Assembly (NCBI GenBank): GCA_964016885.1
Contig: OZ024762.1
Coordinates: 13,826,001-13,890,000 of the forward strand
Direction of reading: 5' to 3'
Origin: Eledone cirrhosa
Lineage: Eukaryota
Length of the DNA stretch: 64,000 nucleotides
Position numbers and translations under genes: made by a program. Of this stretch, positions 1-15,119 are shown piece by piece. How positions within the stretch are numbered: position 1 is the stretch's first letter; each line of letters begins with the position of its first letter. The notes under the pieces were generated by a model, which saw only the letters and a program-made list of their open reading frames with translations, made no database searches and was not told the DNA's origin.

Positions 1-23
1 TATCATCGTTGTTATTATGGTTT

Positions 24-203
24 AGTAGTGTCGGTAGAGCGTCAGACACCATGCTTTGCAACACAGAGTTATAGCCCTGTGCGTACTGTGTTCAAAATCC
101 GCCGAGGTTAACTTTGCCTTTCATCCTTACGGGGTCGATAAAATAAAGTACCAGTAATGTACTGGGATAATTGCTAGCCTTGTGCCAAAAGTAGATACAA
201 TTA
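24..203 (+). mobile_element. tRNA-derived SINE family 1 (Meta-domain-like)
   Basis: B-box-like gttcaaaatc; core gccgaggttaactttgcctttcatccttacggggtcgataaaataaagtaccag; tail gccttgtgccaaaagtaga. Many copies in the window. Confidence 0.85.
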
Positions 204-243
204 TTATGATTATTTTCTTGGACTCTCACTCATTAATGTTATT

Positions 244-421
244 TTGGCAGTATCAGTAGAGGGTCGGACATCATGCTTTCCAGCATAGTTACGTCCCTTT
301 ACGATCTGAGTTCAAATCCCGCCGAGGTTGACTTTGCCTTTCATCCTTACGGGGTCGATAAAATAAAGTACCAGTAATGCACTGGGTAATTGCTGGCCTT
401 GTGTCAAAAGTAGAAACAGTT
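244..421 (+). mobile_element. SINE family 1 copy
   Basis: A-box-like tggcagtatcag, B box gagttcaaatccc, same core and tail. Confidence 0.88.
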
Positions 422-444
422 ATTTAATTGGAAAGTTGGTTCAA

Positions 445-540
445 ATGAACAACAAGCTGCTACCTGCAGCCTCAGATATTCAGGACGTATCGGAAGGTTC
501 TTGCTGTTTCCAGCAAGCATGCCTTTTGAAGTGTTGAAAT
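445..540 (-). mobile_element. Extreme 3' fragment of an R4/Dong-like LINE
   Basis: Minus strand reads ISTLQKACLLETARTFRYVLNI*, resembling the LQKxxLLGTARILRxVL C-terminus of RLE-type LINE ORFs. Confidence 0.6.
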
Positions 541-845
541 CCTGCCGAGGTAAGCTTTGCCTTTTATCCTTACTGGGTGGATAAAGTAAAGTACCAGTAA
601 TGCACTAAGGTCGATAACAACTCCCCTTCCCCCCAAAAATATTCTTGGGCTTGTGTCTAAAGTAGAAACCATTGTTATCATAGTGCAGTGGGTTGTGTTG
701 TCAGAATCGGAAGAGCGTCGGACAGCAAGCTTTTGTGGCATCTTTACGTTCTGGTTTTAAAAAAAAGCTGAGGTTAAATTTAACTTCCAATAATTAAGGG
801 GTCGATAAAATAAAGTACCAGCAACACACTGGGGTCGATGCAATA
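534..845 (+). mobile_element. Two degenerate or partial SINE family 1 copies
   Basis: Core and tail at 534-671; degenerate head and core at about 700-845. Confidence 0.7.
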
Positions 846-1405
846 CGAATCCCCCCCCCCCCATAAAAAAAAACATAACAAAAAAACACAACAAAAGATT
901 GGTAGAATTGTGCCAATATTTGATAGAAATTATTATCACCTTTGCAGTGGCCGATAAAAGAAAGTAGCAGTAATCATACTGGGATCGATGCAGTTTGAGA
1001 CCTCACCCCCCCCCCCCGACGAAATATAAGAACTTTGGTAGAATTGTTAATATTAGATAGAATTCTAATCATCTTCGATCAGTTATATTGATATCGATGG
1101 AAGTTTATCATATTAGAGAAGTTGTGGCTTGAGAGAAGTATAAAAATAGGATTTAGTTTGACTGTAATTGGTGCATTTAGACACAAAGGAATATGGGTGT
1201 GTGTCTGTGTTTATATATATATATATATATATGTGTGTGTCTATATATATAATGTGTGTGTATTTATGTGTATGTGTGTCTATATGTATATATGTGTATA
1301 TATATATGTATTTATATGTATATGTATGAGTATATAGGTATGCATATAAGTGATTATATACTCATGACTATATAAAGTGTGAGGTGCATGTATTTATATT
1401 ATATC

Positions 1406-1455
<50 letters not shown>

Positions 1456-1677
1456 AATATATACTGCTCACACACACACACACACACACACGTACGTACA
1501 TACATACATACATACATACATACATACATACGCACACACGCACATACGCACACATGCACATACGCACACACGCACATACGCATATATATACACACACACA
1601 CATACACACATACATACATACATACATACATACATACATACATACATACATACATACATACATACATACATACATAA

Positions 1678-2042
1678 AAACTGCCACCAAATTAAAGCAC
1701 AACCGGCCTGATATTGTTGTTTGGGACCACACATTGAAAACGTGTTCTGTTGTGGAGATCAGATGCCCACTTGGTGTAAACGTTGTCAGAAAAATACAGG
1801 AGAAGGAGGACATCTACGGACCATTGATGGGGAGTTTATAAATCCAGTATCCAAGATACACCTTTAGCTTCATACCCATCATTATTGGTGCTACGGGTTA
1901 TATACCAACCCGCTTGGACCAAAGTATGACTGAACTTGGATTTGCGGACAAAGAGCGCAGCTCCCTAATTCATGGTCTACAAATGGTTGCGATAGCTGGC
2001 ACCTTCAACATTTGCAAAACATTCTTGCGATTCAAGGGATGA
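1678..2042 (+). mobile_element. 5'-truncated R4/Dong-like non-LTR retrotransposon fragment (restriction-like endonuclease domain), pseudogenised
   Basis: Reads KHNRPDIVVWDHTLKTCSVVEIRCPLGVNVVRKIQEKEDIYGPLMGSL*IQYPRYTFSFIPIIIGATGYIP...LQMVAIAGTFNICKTFLRFKG*. Shows the RPD...E-x-x-CP...K-x-x-x-Y and P-I-I-I-G-A-x-G motifs, with one internal stop at 1839-1841. Confidence 0.85.
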
Positions 2043-2242
2043 NNNNNNNNNNNNNNNNNNNNNNNNNNNNNNNNNNNNNNNNNNNNNNNNNNNNNNNNNN
2101 NNNNNNNNNNNNNNNNNNNNNNNNNNNNNNNNNNNNNNNNNNNNNNNNNNNNNNNNNNNNNNNNNNNNNNNNNNNNNNNNNNNNNNNNNNNNNNNNNNNN
2201 NNNNNNNNNNNNNNNNNNNNNNNNNNNNNNNNNNNNNNNNNN
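2043..2242. other. Assembly gap (200 N)
   Basis: Run of N. Confidence 1.
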
Positions 2243-2311
2243 TGCCGTCTATGCATCCATTGGCATCTTGATATATATGTCAAACAAACCAGTGGATATT
2301 TAAGGAAATGC

Positions 2312-2396
<85 letters not shown>

Positions 2397-2417
2397 GGAG
2401 AGAGGAAGGTAGACATA

Positions 2418-2495
<78 letters not shown>

Positions 2496-2626
2496 CTGAC
2501 AGACAAGCAGACAATGAGAGAGAGAGAGAGAGAGGGAGAGATAGTCATCAGACAGATAGAGAGGCTGACAAAGAAGGAGTGAGAAAGATAGGCTTGAGAG
2601 AGCAAGATAATCAGACAAACAGAATG

Positions 2627-2659
<33 letters not shown>

Positions 2660-3158
2660 AGAAATGGTGCTAGAGACAGAGACGAGAAGATACATCATCA
2701 TAGACGCCAAAAATGGTGCCAGATGACAAGAGATAGATCAAATCAGACATAAGACGGATCTAAACAAAATGGCTGCCATTACCGTCACCCAGTCGCCATC
2801 TTTTCCTCCCTCTCTCTTCTCCTCCTTCTACTTCATCCTACCTCCTCCTGCTATCTTTTCATGTAACATTGCTTCCTGCCAGCTCACGTTCCACTCTCCG
2901 CCCCGGTTTACTCTAGAGCTGCTCTCTCATCTATTGTGTCTCACCATATTTCCACTACCACCTTTCTCATCTCACCATTCTTCTATTATCTCCCCTTTCT
3001 CTCTCTCTCACATTTCTCTCCCCTTGTTTACACCCTCCTCCTTCCTCCCCCGCCCTAGACTTTGTATACTTTGTATACTTTCTCCACTTATTCTTCATCA
3101 CCTTCCACAGCTCCTTGCTCTCATTATTTCTAGAGACTTCGTATCCCTTTATAAATAA

Positions 3159-3217
<59 letters not shown>

Positions 3218-3252
3218 TATATATATATATATATATATTTATATAAATATAA

Positions 3253-3298
<46 letters not shown>

Positions 3299-3313
3299 AT
3301 ATTTATATATATT

Positions 3314-3347
<34 letters not shown>

Positions 3348-3373
3348 TATATATATATATATATATATATAAG

Positions 3374-3411
<38 letters not shown>

Positions 3412-3433
3412 TATATTTATATATATATATATT

Positions 3434-3633
<200 letters not shown>

Positions 3634-3634
3634 A

Positions 3635-3685
<51 letters not shown>

Positions 3686-3686
3686 A

Positions 3687-3737
<51 letters not shown>

Positions 3738-4105
3738 AATATATATTTATATATATTTATATATATATATAAATATATAATATATACATAAATATATATT
3801 TATATATATATATATGTATACATGTATACACACACATACACAATGTCGCACGCAGTTTCCTCCCTTGTCTACCTCGTTGTCTTGTCTCTGTTTTTGTTGA
3901 TGTTGTTGCTGTTGTTGTTGTCTGACTGGGTGTCATTTCATCTCACTCCGTCTGATGAAAACGCTGTGTACACAAGACAATAATTGTTTCTACACACTGG
4001 TTTGAGTGCGCATGCCTGCATGCGTACATATGTTAAGCATTCTTGTATGCATGTTTATATGTATATGTCATATATCATACACATATATAAATATATAGGT
4101 ATAGG

Positions 4106-4137
<32 letters not shown>

Positions 4138-4141
4138 AATG

Positions 4142-4202
<61 letters not shown>

Positions 4203-4287
4203 ATATATATAAATGCATGAATACATGAATACATATAATTGCATTTATATATGTACGTATTCACATTTAAATTTAAATATGTGTGCG

Positions 4288-4338
<51 letters not shown>

Positions 4339-4367
4339 CATTTATATATGTATATATATATATATAC

Positions 4368-4552
<185 letters not shown>

Positions 4553-4898
4553 TAGTATATATATATATATATATGTACAGCATGAGGGCGCTGCACTACA
4601 TCACTCCGACATATCTCTCTAAGCTCCCTTTGTTTGAAGGAATGTTACTCATCTTGTGTGGAATGTTACTTGATTTCCTCGCTTCACACATCACGTCTGC
4701 CCGCCCTCCCGCCCCCACCAGCTTTTCTTTATATCTAACCTTTCCACCCTCTCACCTCAACTATCCCCCCACACACACACCACACCACACACGCCACCCT
4801 ATTATATATACAGACTCATATATATATATATATATATAATATATATATATATATATGCATATATACATATATATACACATATATATATATAAACACAC

Positions 4899-4980
<82 letters not shown>

Positions 4981-5674
4981 CGTCTCACTTGCAAGCCATG
5001 CGTGACACGCAGCAACATGCATCTTCATATCTAATGCAACACCTCTACCTCTTCTTCTATCGTCCGCTCCCCACCACACCGCCTCACCGCCCCACCGGCC
5101 CACCTAACCACCGAAAACACTCAGCCACCCAACCACGCAACCAACAAACCATCGCTGCCCCCTCTACCCTTTCCTCAGCACACACCTCCGCCTTCTCCAC
5201 CACCTTCTCTGGTTTTCTGACGTGCCACCACCTTAAACCTACCTAGCCTACCCCCTTTTTTACCCGCCCCCACTCACCAGCTTCTCTCCCTCCCTAACCC
5301 GCTGCTCTGGTGCTTCCGAATCTGTCACCAATTGCAAAGCTCCTGCATCATCCTTTGGCTACCGGAATTATATTACTCTCTCCATCTCTCTCTCTCTCTC
5401 TCTCCCTCTCTCTCACTGTCTCTCTCTCTATATATATATCTCACTGTCTTTCTCTCTCTCGCTTTCAAGCTCTGTTACTCTGTGTCTCTCTCTCACTCTT
5501 TCTCTTTCTACATTAGTCTGTCTCTCTATATCAACCTATGTTTCTCTCTCTTTCTCTATCTCTCTATCTCTACCTCTCCCCCTCTCTCTCTCTCTACCCC
5601 AGTGTCTGTCTCTATCTCTATCAATTTCTCTCTCTCTCTCTCTCTCTCTCTCTGTCCCTATCTCTCTCACTCTC

Positions 5675-5717
<43 letters not shown>

Positions 5718-6044
5718 TCTCTCCCTCCTCTTCCCATACCTCCAACAGATATCTCTTTCGTCTCAACTTCCCCTTCCTCCTCCTGCTCCTATCCCCACCA
5801 TCATCATCATCATCATCATCAACGTCATCAAACATCATCGCTGTTACCAAAAACAATCCTCTTTTTATATCTAATTCCTCCAACATTTTCGGACGTCGAC
5901 TCTCCTATTCCAGCACCTCATCTTTCTTCCTCATCCTTTCCCTCTTTCTCCGCATCTTCCCACTTCCACCCCTTTATTCCTCTTCTTCTTCTTCTTCTTC
6001 CATCGCGTTTATCATTTCTATCTGCACCACCATTATATATTTAT

Positions 6045-6212
6045 AATAGAGAGTTGGACGCCATGCTTTCCAGCATAGTTACGTCCCTTTACGGTCTGAG
6101 TTCAAATCCCGCCGAGGTTCACTTTGCCTTTCATCCTCACGGGGTCGATAAAATAGAGTACCAGTAATGTACTGGGTAATTTCTGGCCTTGTGCCTAAAG
6201 TAGAAACAATTA
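6045..6212 (+). mobile_element. SINE family 1 copy
   Basis: Closely similar to 244-421. Confidence 0.88.
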
Positions 6213-6228
6213 TACACAATCGGAAATG

Positions 6229-6710
6229 AAGTCACCTGCCAGACATGTACAACACAGTCTCAGATCAAGTCACCTGCCAGACATGTACAACACAGTCTCA
6301 GATCAAGTCACCTGCCAGACATGTACAACACAGTCTCAGATCAAGTCACCTGCTAGACATGTACAACACAGTCTCAGATCAAGTCACCTGCCAGACATGT
6401 ACAACACAGTCTCAGATCAAGTCACCTGCCAGACATGTACAACACAGTCTCAGATCAAGTCACCTGCCAGACATGTTCAACACAGTCTCAGATCAAGTCA
6501 CCTGCCAGACATGTACAACACAGTCTCAGATCAAGTCACCTGCCAGACATGTACAACACAGTCTCAGATCAAGTCACCTGCCAGACATGTACAACACAGT
6601 CTCAGATCAAGTCACCTGCCAGACATGTACAACACAGTCTCAGATCAAGTCACCTGCTAGACATATACAACACAGTCTCAGATCATGTCACCTGCTAGAC
6701 ATATCCAACA
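6229..6710. repeat. 38-bp minisatellite, about 12.5 copies
   Basis: Unit aagtcacctgccagacatgtacaacacagtctcagatc, head to tail with no spacers. Confidence 0.97.
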
Positions 6711-6749
6711 CTGTTGACTCATGTATACATTTTTTCGGGACACCCTGTA
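6711..6749. mobile_element. Solo Tc1/mariner-like terminal inverted repeat
   Basis: tgtatacattttttcgggacaccctgTA matches the ends of the miniature elements at 25270 and 28225. Confidence 0.65.
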
Positions 6750-7174
6750 TATATATATATATATACATACAAACATATTTTCATGTGTATCCATAGCTGA
6801 TAGCTGTTTGTCTCTGCGGAGTGCTTAACATGGAAATCTCTCTCGATGACAACAGTGATGACGTCAACCGCAGTGAATGACGCGCCTATCTCCTCCGTCA
6901 CATTCTCCCCTTCTTCCTCCTCCTACATTTACGCCAATCTCTCCTCTTCCTCACACCACACCCTATCTCCCTGGTACCCCCCCCCCTTCCATTCATATTC
7001 CTGTGTTTGAGAATTAAAGTGTCAGAGAGAGAGAGGGGGAGGCGAGGAGGTCAATGACAGTTGGATTGCATTGTTACAAGTTGTTTTTGCCGCTATTTAT
7101 ACAAACATGCACACAAGCACACACACATATACACACATATTCACACACAAACACACACACACATATATATATAT

Positions 7175-7224
<50 letters not shown>

Positions 7225-7384
7225 ACAAATATATATATATACACACACAAACACATATATATTTAATGCTTAAATATACAAACATGCTAACGCGGAAAAA
7301 TATGGATACATATTTATGCACGCAGGCACACATAATACAACCACACATATATATATATACATATACATATATACATACACACAC

Positions 7385-7427
<43 letters not shown>

Positions 7428-7538
7428 TATTTATATATGTACACAAATGAATTTACAAATGATTGCATGTTCTCCCTAATAGAATATATCAATATGGACA
7501 ATTTTATTTCGAAGCAACACGCTTCTAGTTTGGTGCAC

Positions 7539-7626
<88 letters not shown>

Positions 7627-7826
7627 CAAAATAGCCATGCATGTACGCACACTTCTCTGCATACACATACGTCTATATTCCTGTCTATCTGATTTGCTAA
7701 GCTGTCTGAACGTATTGTTATTACTCTGGGGTTCTTTTCCCCATCCGAGTGCTAAAGCTACAGACCGATTCTGCATTCGTTAGCTTGGCGGTGTTCTAAA
7801 GCTTCGTTAATGCTGTACTAACATTT

Positions 7827-7877
<51 letters not shown>

Positions 7878-8225
7878 AAAAAATAGAGGTGTAACACACG
7901 AGTTGTGATATATTAGTAAAAGGAAAAGAAAAGGGTGACAAATTTTTCTCAGTGAAAAATAGTTTAATTAGGAATAAGTCTAAATTAGTAATAAGTATTG
8001 GTTAGTATTCAGTTTTAGTTTTAAGTTAGTTTTTACCGGTTGCGCATTTCTAATGCTTTTCAAAAATAATTTTGAGATAGAGCGCTCGTGATGTTTGCTC
8101 AAATCCGTGTATAATGTCTGCATAACTAATACTTTGTAGATAGCAGCTGTTTTCAGGTTATGTAACTGTTATAGAAACACGTGTCAATAAATTCCTTCTT
8201 AACTAAACTGTATCCATTAAAATCC

Positions 8226-8269
<44 letters not shown>

Positions 8270-8441
8270 GTCTCTGTGTGTGTATGCAAGCTTTCACACA
8301 AACATTTATAGACACATGCATGTATATATATGCAAGCATGCATATATATACTCGTCTTCATATGCATGCAAGCAAACAAATATTGAATTTATGTACATAT
8401 ACAAACACATAGACAGACAGACAGATAGATTTGTCTGTCTG

Positions 8442-8533
<92 letters not shown>

Positions 8534-8592
8534 AATGCATCTCTGTATATGTATGTATGTCTGCATGTAATTACGTATGTGCGTATTTGTCG

Positions 8593-8670
8593 CCAGGTGT
8601 TGCAATAGGTTGGTAGTATCAGCAATAGAAAGACTAATGGAAACATCGTTTCCTCGGTGCGATTTGACGA
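8593..8670 (+). mobile_element. 3' fragment of SINE family 2
   Basis: Similar to 39978-40057 (tagtattagcaat...aatggaaacat.gtttcctcggt.cgatttgacga). Confidence 0.65.
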
Positions 8671-8819
8671 GTTCCATCTCACTTGATAAACGAATTAGGT
8701 CTGAGGACACGTGGACTGGTTCGATCTATCGATTATATAGAAAGAAATAGGAAAATAATGTCAAAGACTACTGAAGGAGGGAATTGAACGTAAACTAAAC
8801 ATGTCAAGGCGTTTTATAA

Positions 8820-9405
8820 CATGGTATGGTATTGTATAGTATTTTATAGTATAGTGTAATATAGTGTAATTTAGTATAGTATTGTATAGTGTAGGGTACT
8901 ATAGTATTTTACAATATAGTTTAGTATAATATAGTATAATATAGTATAGTATTGTATAGTGTAGGGTACTATAGTATTTTACAATATAGTTTAGTATAAT
9001 ATAGTATAATATAGAATAGTATAGTATAGTGTAGTACATTACAATATAGTATAGTATTGTATAGTGTAGGGTACTATAGTATTTTACAATATAGTTTAGT
9101 ATAATATAGTATAGTATAGTATAGTATAGTATAGTATAGTATAGTATAGTATAGTATAGTGTAGTACATTACAATATAGTATAGTATTGTATAGTGTAGG
9201 GTACTATAGTATATTACAATATAGTTTAGTATAATATAGTATAGTGTAGTACTAGTAGTAGTAGTATATGCAGTAGCAGTAGTAGCAGCAGCAGAAGTAC
9301 TAATAGTTTATGTAGTAACAGTAGTAGTAACAGTAGCAGTAGTAGTAACAGTAGCAGTAGTAGTAACAGTAGCAGTAGTAGTAACAGTAGCAGTAGTAGT
9401 AACAG
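8820..9405. repeat. (TATAG)n pentamer satellite with a higher-order unit, followed by a (GTA/GCA)n tract
   Basis: gtgtagggtactatagtattttacaatatagtttag recurs 4 times within (tatag)n. Confidence 0.9.
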
Positions 9406-9531
9406 TGTTATTTAAGACTGTGTGTGGAATCAGAAATACCCTCAGTTGTTCCAGCAATGGCGGTCTATATCATTCGGCCATTTGTATTCATTAAGTCAGA
9501 TTTACAGACTTACGTGAGATGAGGAGGGGTC

Positions 9532-9589
<58 letters not shown>

Positions 9590-9595
<6 letters not shown>

Positions 9596-10017
9596 GTAAG
9601 ATGTGTGTGTACATACGTGTGAGGTAGGAGTCATAGGTGTGTGGGAGATGTGTGTGTGTATATGTGTGTGTTTGTGTGTAAGATGTGTGTGTACATACGT
9701 GTGAGGTTGGAGTCATAGGTGTGTGGCAGATGTGTGTGTGTATCTGTGTGTATATATCTATGTGTGTGTGTCTGTACATACGTGTGAGGTAGGAGTCATA
9801 GGTGTGTGGGAGATGTGTGTGTGTGTGTATGTGTGTGTTTGTGTGTAAGATGTGTGTGTACATACGTGTGAGGTGGGAGTCATAGGTGTGTGGCAGATGT
9901 GTGTGTGTGTATCTGTGTGTATATATCTGTGTGTGTGTGTGTGTGTGCGTGTGTAAGATGTGTGTGTACATACGTGTGAGGTGGGAGTCATAGGTGTGTG
10001 GCAGATGTGTGTGTGTA

Positions 10018-10052
<35 letters not shown>

Positions 10053-10180
10053 GATGTGTGTGTACATACGTGTGAGGTGGGAGTCATAGGTGTGTGTGTA
10101 TCTGTGTGTGTGTGTGTGTGTAAGATGTGTGTGTGTACATACGTGTGAGGTGGGAGTCATAGGTGTGTGGGAGATGTGTG
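9590..10180. repeat. Compound minisatellite with variable (GT)n spacers, about 8 copies
   Basis: Constant block gtacatacgtgtgaggtgggagtcataggtgtgtgg. Confidence 0.9.
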
Positions 10181-10735
10181 TGTGTGTATATACATAACTA
10201 TGTGTGAGAAAGGGGTTTTAGATGTGTGGGTGATGTGTATGAGAAATATGTGTGAGCATATATGAGTGTATGTTCGTGTGTAGGTATGTGTGTGTGAATG
10301 AGTGTGTGTATTGAATGAGTGTGTGTGCGTGTGTGCTGAATATGTGTGTATATAATGTATGAATATGTATGTGTGTGGTTGACTTTTAATAGAGACATGT
10401 GTGTGTGTATTGAATGTGTGTGTGTTGAATATGTGTGTGTGCGTGTTAGATGTGTGTGTGTATAATTTATTCATATGAATGTGGTTGCCGTTTAATAGAC
10501 ATATGTGTCTGTGCCTGTGTGTGTTGAATGTGTGCGTGTGTGTTGTAGGTGTGATGTGTGTGTGTTGTGTGTGTCTGTTGAATGTGTGTGTGTGTGTATT
10601 GTGTGTGTTTTAAAAGGTAATTGAATAATGAGTATGTGTATAAACGTATCATGAGTGTATATATGTGTGTATGTGAGTGCTACATCTAAATATATACACA
10701 TATATATACATATATGTGTGTATATATATATTTAT

Positions 10736-10790
<55 letters not shown>

Positions 10791-10988
10791 CATATAAATA
10801 TATATATATACACATATATGTATATATATATGTGTATATATGTATATATATGACTGTAAGTATGCAGAAAATATCTAAATATAAAAACGTGTACTAACCC
10901 ATGACTATATACGGGCGTATATATGTAATTGTATGTATGTGTCTCTGTGTATATATGTGTATATCAATACATGTGTGGGTATATGTGA

Positions 10989-11060
<72 letters not shown>

Positions 11061-11397
11061 ATGATATATATAAGGGCTTATATACGTGTATGAACACATA
11101 TAGGTGTGTATATATATGTAATTGTATATATATGTCTGTGTATGTAGGTGAATGGTATATATACGTGTATGCGCACATGTGTATATATTATGCAAGTATC
11201 TGCATGTGCATTTGTGCATACGGGTCCATAAATTACCCGGTAACTGGTTTAGACCAGTAGACTGTGGTTAAGTCGGGGTATATATTAGCATATATATATA
11301 TATATATATATACACTAATATATATATTATGGAATACTGTTGGCTTCTTGCTACAATACTTTCTATACCTTTCATTTATATATATATATATATATTA

Positions 11398-11438
<41 letters not shown>

Positions 11439-11492
11439 CATATATATATGTGTGTTTATGTATCTGTGTGTGTATATATATGTGTGTATACG

Positions 11493-11524
<32 letters not shown>

Positions 11525-11594
11525 AGTATGTATATGTATGTGTGTATGTATGAGTATGTATGTGTATATATATGCACGTGTGTGTGCTTGTTAT

Positions 11595-11628
<34 letters not shown>

Positions 11629-11684
11629 GATAAGTATATATATTACCATGTACCAGTAACACACTCACACTCACACATGCATAC

Positions 11685-11729
<45 letters not shown>

Positions 11730-11737
11730 CATATATA

Positions 11738-11881
<144 letters not shown>

Positions 11882-12834
11882 ATATAAATAAATACACATA
11901 CATACATACGCACAGTTCTACTAAATAGCGTGCGTGTGTGTAGAAAACAAAGATGGCGATGGCATCGATTATGGCGGCGGTGATGGGGAGCAATGCACGT
12001 GGACTGAAGGGAAGTGACGTGGAATGCTGGGAAGGTATATATGGTAATACTACAGAAGACTGATTCTAATTGATGGCCAGTTTTGGCAAGGCGGCTTCCA
12101 CTTCATAATTAACCCTGACATATTCATCACGGATATTCCAGCTGAAGCAGTCACGAAAATCTCACTAAATGCCTACCTGTGTGTGTGTATGTGTGTACGT
12201 GTGTGTGTTTATGTGTGTATGTGTGTACGTGCGTGTGTTTATGTGTGTTTGTGTGTACGTGTGTGTGTGTGTGTGTGTCTGTGTGTGTATTTCTGTGTAC
12301 ATGTGTGCTTGTGTATATGTGTGTTTGCGTCTGTGTTCCTGTGTATGTGTTTGTGTGTGTCTGTGTGTGTACGTGTGTGTATGTGTATGCGTGTGTGTGT
12401 GTACGTGTGTGTATCTGTGTTCCTGTGTAAGTGTGTGTGTCTGTGTTCCTGTGTATGTGTTTGTCTGTGTGTGTATGCGTGTATGTGTGTGTGTCTTTGT
12501 GTGTGTGTATGTATGTGAGTATGTGTGTGTATGTGTGTACGTTTGTGTCTCTGTGTTACGGTGTATGTGTGTGTGTTTGTTTCTGTCTGTGTACGTGTGT
12601 ATGTGTGTGTGTGTATGTGTGTGTGTACGTGTGTGTGTCTGTGTTCCGGTGTGTGTGTTTGTGTCTGTCTGTGTGTGTATGTGTGTGTCTGTATTTGTGT
12701 GTGTGTGTGCATGTGTACGTGTATATGTGTGAGTATTTATGTGTATGTGTGTCTGAGTGCGTCAGGAATATCTATGTGCCTACCACTGTGTGTATGTTTG
12801 TGGATGTATGTATATGTGTGTGTGAGTGTGTGTG

Positions 12835-12867
<33 letters not shown>

Positions 12868-13984
12868 ATATGTATGTGTGTGTGTGTACGTGTGTAGAGG
12901 TTTGTGAATGCTTATGCTTCTGTGTAATTTTGTGTCTGAGGGTGTGTACATGTAAGAGTTTGTATAAATGTGTTGGCGTGTGTGTGTATGTGTGTATGTG
13001 CATGTCTATGTGTATGTGTGTATGTGTGTGTTTCTCTGTGTGTGTGTGCGTGTGTGTATGTGTGTGGGTGTATGTAAGAGCTTAAATGTACGTTTGTGTG
13101 TGTGTACGTGAGTTAGTGAATGTGTGTATATGAGTAAGCGGATGTGTGTGGACGTGTGTTCACATGTGTGTGTGTGTCAGAAAGAGTAATAGAAATGTCG
13201 AGAAACTGACGATAAAAAGAAAATTACGAAACAAGTGAATGCTTCTGTGTAAGTAGAAACTATGTAAAACAACGACTTGAGCCTGATGACGTCCAACATC
13301 CCCCATAACAGTAATTTACTCGGGACGATGTTTGCTTTACTAAGGTGCCTGGGCAAAGAAGTACGTGTGTGGATTAACCCTTTCTTTAGCCGCTGGGACC
13401 TGGTGATTGGTGCTGTCAGGTCGGAGGGGTTGGGAAGGAGGTTCAGTGGTTGTTGTTTTTTTTCCTCAAATGTATCACTAATGATTATTTTTTAATGTCC
13501 CTCTGATATTAAACGTACGGTGGCAATAGTTTCCGGCCATCTTGCTTTCGGTTTGTCACGCGGTGTTTTACTTTTGACGAAATTTTCTGAGTGGTATCTA
13601 TGTATGTCGTCGTACAAGTGGTGAATATTATTATTAGTGTAATCCAATGAGGAGCAGATGATATATATGGAACGGCGGCTATATCATGTGGCGAGATGAA
13701 GCCATCATCACGCACACTCACACATACACACACGTACACACATACACACAGACATACACACACATACACATACACACACATACAAACACACACACAGACA
13801 TGCACACACATACACACATACACACACCTACACATACATATACACACACGCATACACACATACACACAAACACACATACACACATACACACACATACTCA
13901 CAGATACACACACACATACGTGCGTGACTGGTACTTTATTTTATCGACCCTCGTAAGAATGCAAGGCAAAGCAAACCATCAAAC

Positions 13985-14018
<34 letters not shown>

Positions 14019-14178
14019 ATGTGTTTGTATGTATATATATATATATATATATATTTGTATGTGTATGTGTGTGTGTGTGTGTGTGTGTGTATGACGAGTA
14101 TGTGTGACCGTATATCAATGAACATATTGTATATTTGCATGTCGTAGTGAGACGTGGTTGAGAGAGAGAGAGAGAGAA

Positions 14179-14220
<42 letters not shown>

Positions 14221-14243
14221 GTATATATATATATATATGTGTT

Positions 14244-14321
<78 letters not shown>

Positions 14322-14832
14322 GAGAGAGAGAGAATGAGCAGTGTTGTGTATGTATGTGTACCTTCGTTGCATGAGTGTTGGTTTCTTTGTGTGTGTGTTT
14401 GTGTATGTTTCTGCGTGCCAATGTGCTTATGCTCATATAAGTGCCTCTGTGTGTATGTACGTTTGAGTCAGTGTATGTGTGTGTATGTGTGTATCTGTGT
14501 GCGGATATGTGTGCTTATCTTTGTGTGTATATGTGTGTGTGTGTGTTTGTATGTATATTTATTCCTCAGTGTGAGTATACGCGTCCATGTGTCTGTGTCT
14601 GTCTGTGTGTGTGTGTATGTATTCTGTGTGCATCTGTGTCTCTGTGTATATATATATATATGTGTGTGTATATGTGTCTGTGTCTATATCTGTGTGTATG
14701 TGTATGTGTGTGTGTGTGTGTATTTGTATCTGTCTCTCTTTCTCAGAGTAAGTGTGTGTGTCTGTGTATCTTTGTCCATTTATATATATATGTGTATATA
14801 TATATATATATGTGCGTGTTTGTGTGTGCGCG

Positions 14833-14875
<43 letters not shown>

Positions 14876-15003
14876 CTGTGTCTATATCTGTGTGTATGTG
14901 TGTGTGTGTATTTGTATCTGTCTCTCTTTCTCAGAGTAAGTGTGTGTGTCTGTGTATCTTTGTCCATTTATATATATATATGTGTATATGTGTCTGTGTA
15001 TAA

Positions 15004-15046
<43 letters not shown>

Positions 15047-15074
15047 TGTTTTTGTGTGTGTGTGTGTGTGCGCG

Positions 15075-15119
<45 letters not shown>

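Noticed and set aside
6229-6710. 38-bp repeat array as a CRISPR array
   Set aside because: Units are contiguous with no unique spacers, no cas genes are present, and the context is eukaryotic.
9590-10180. Constant repeats with variable spacers as CRISPR-like (also 36857-37045 and 56818-57248)
   Set aside because: The spacers are only microsatellite length variants.
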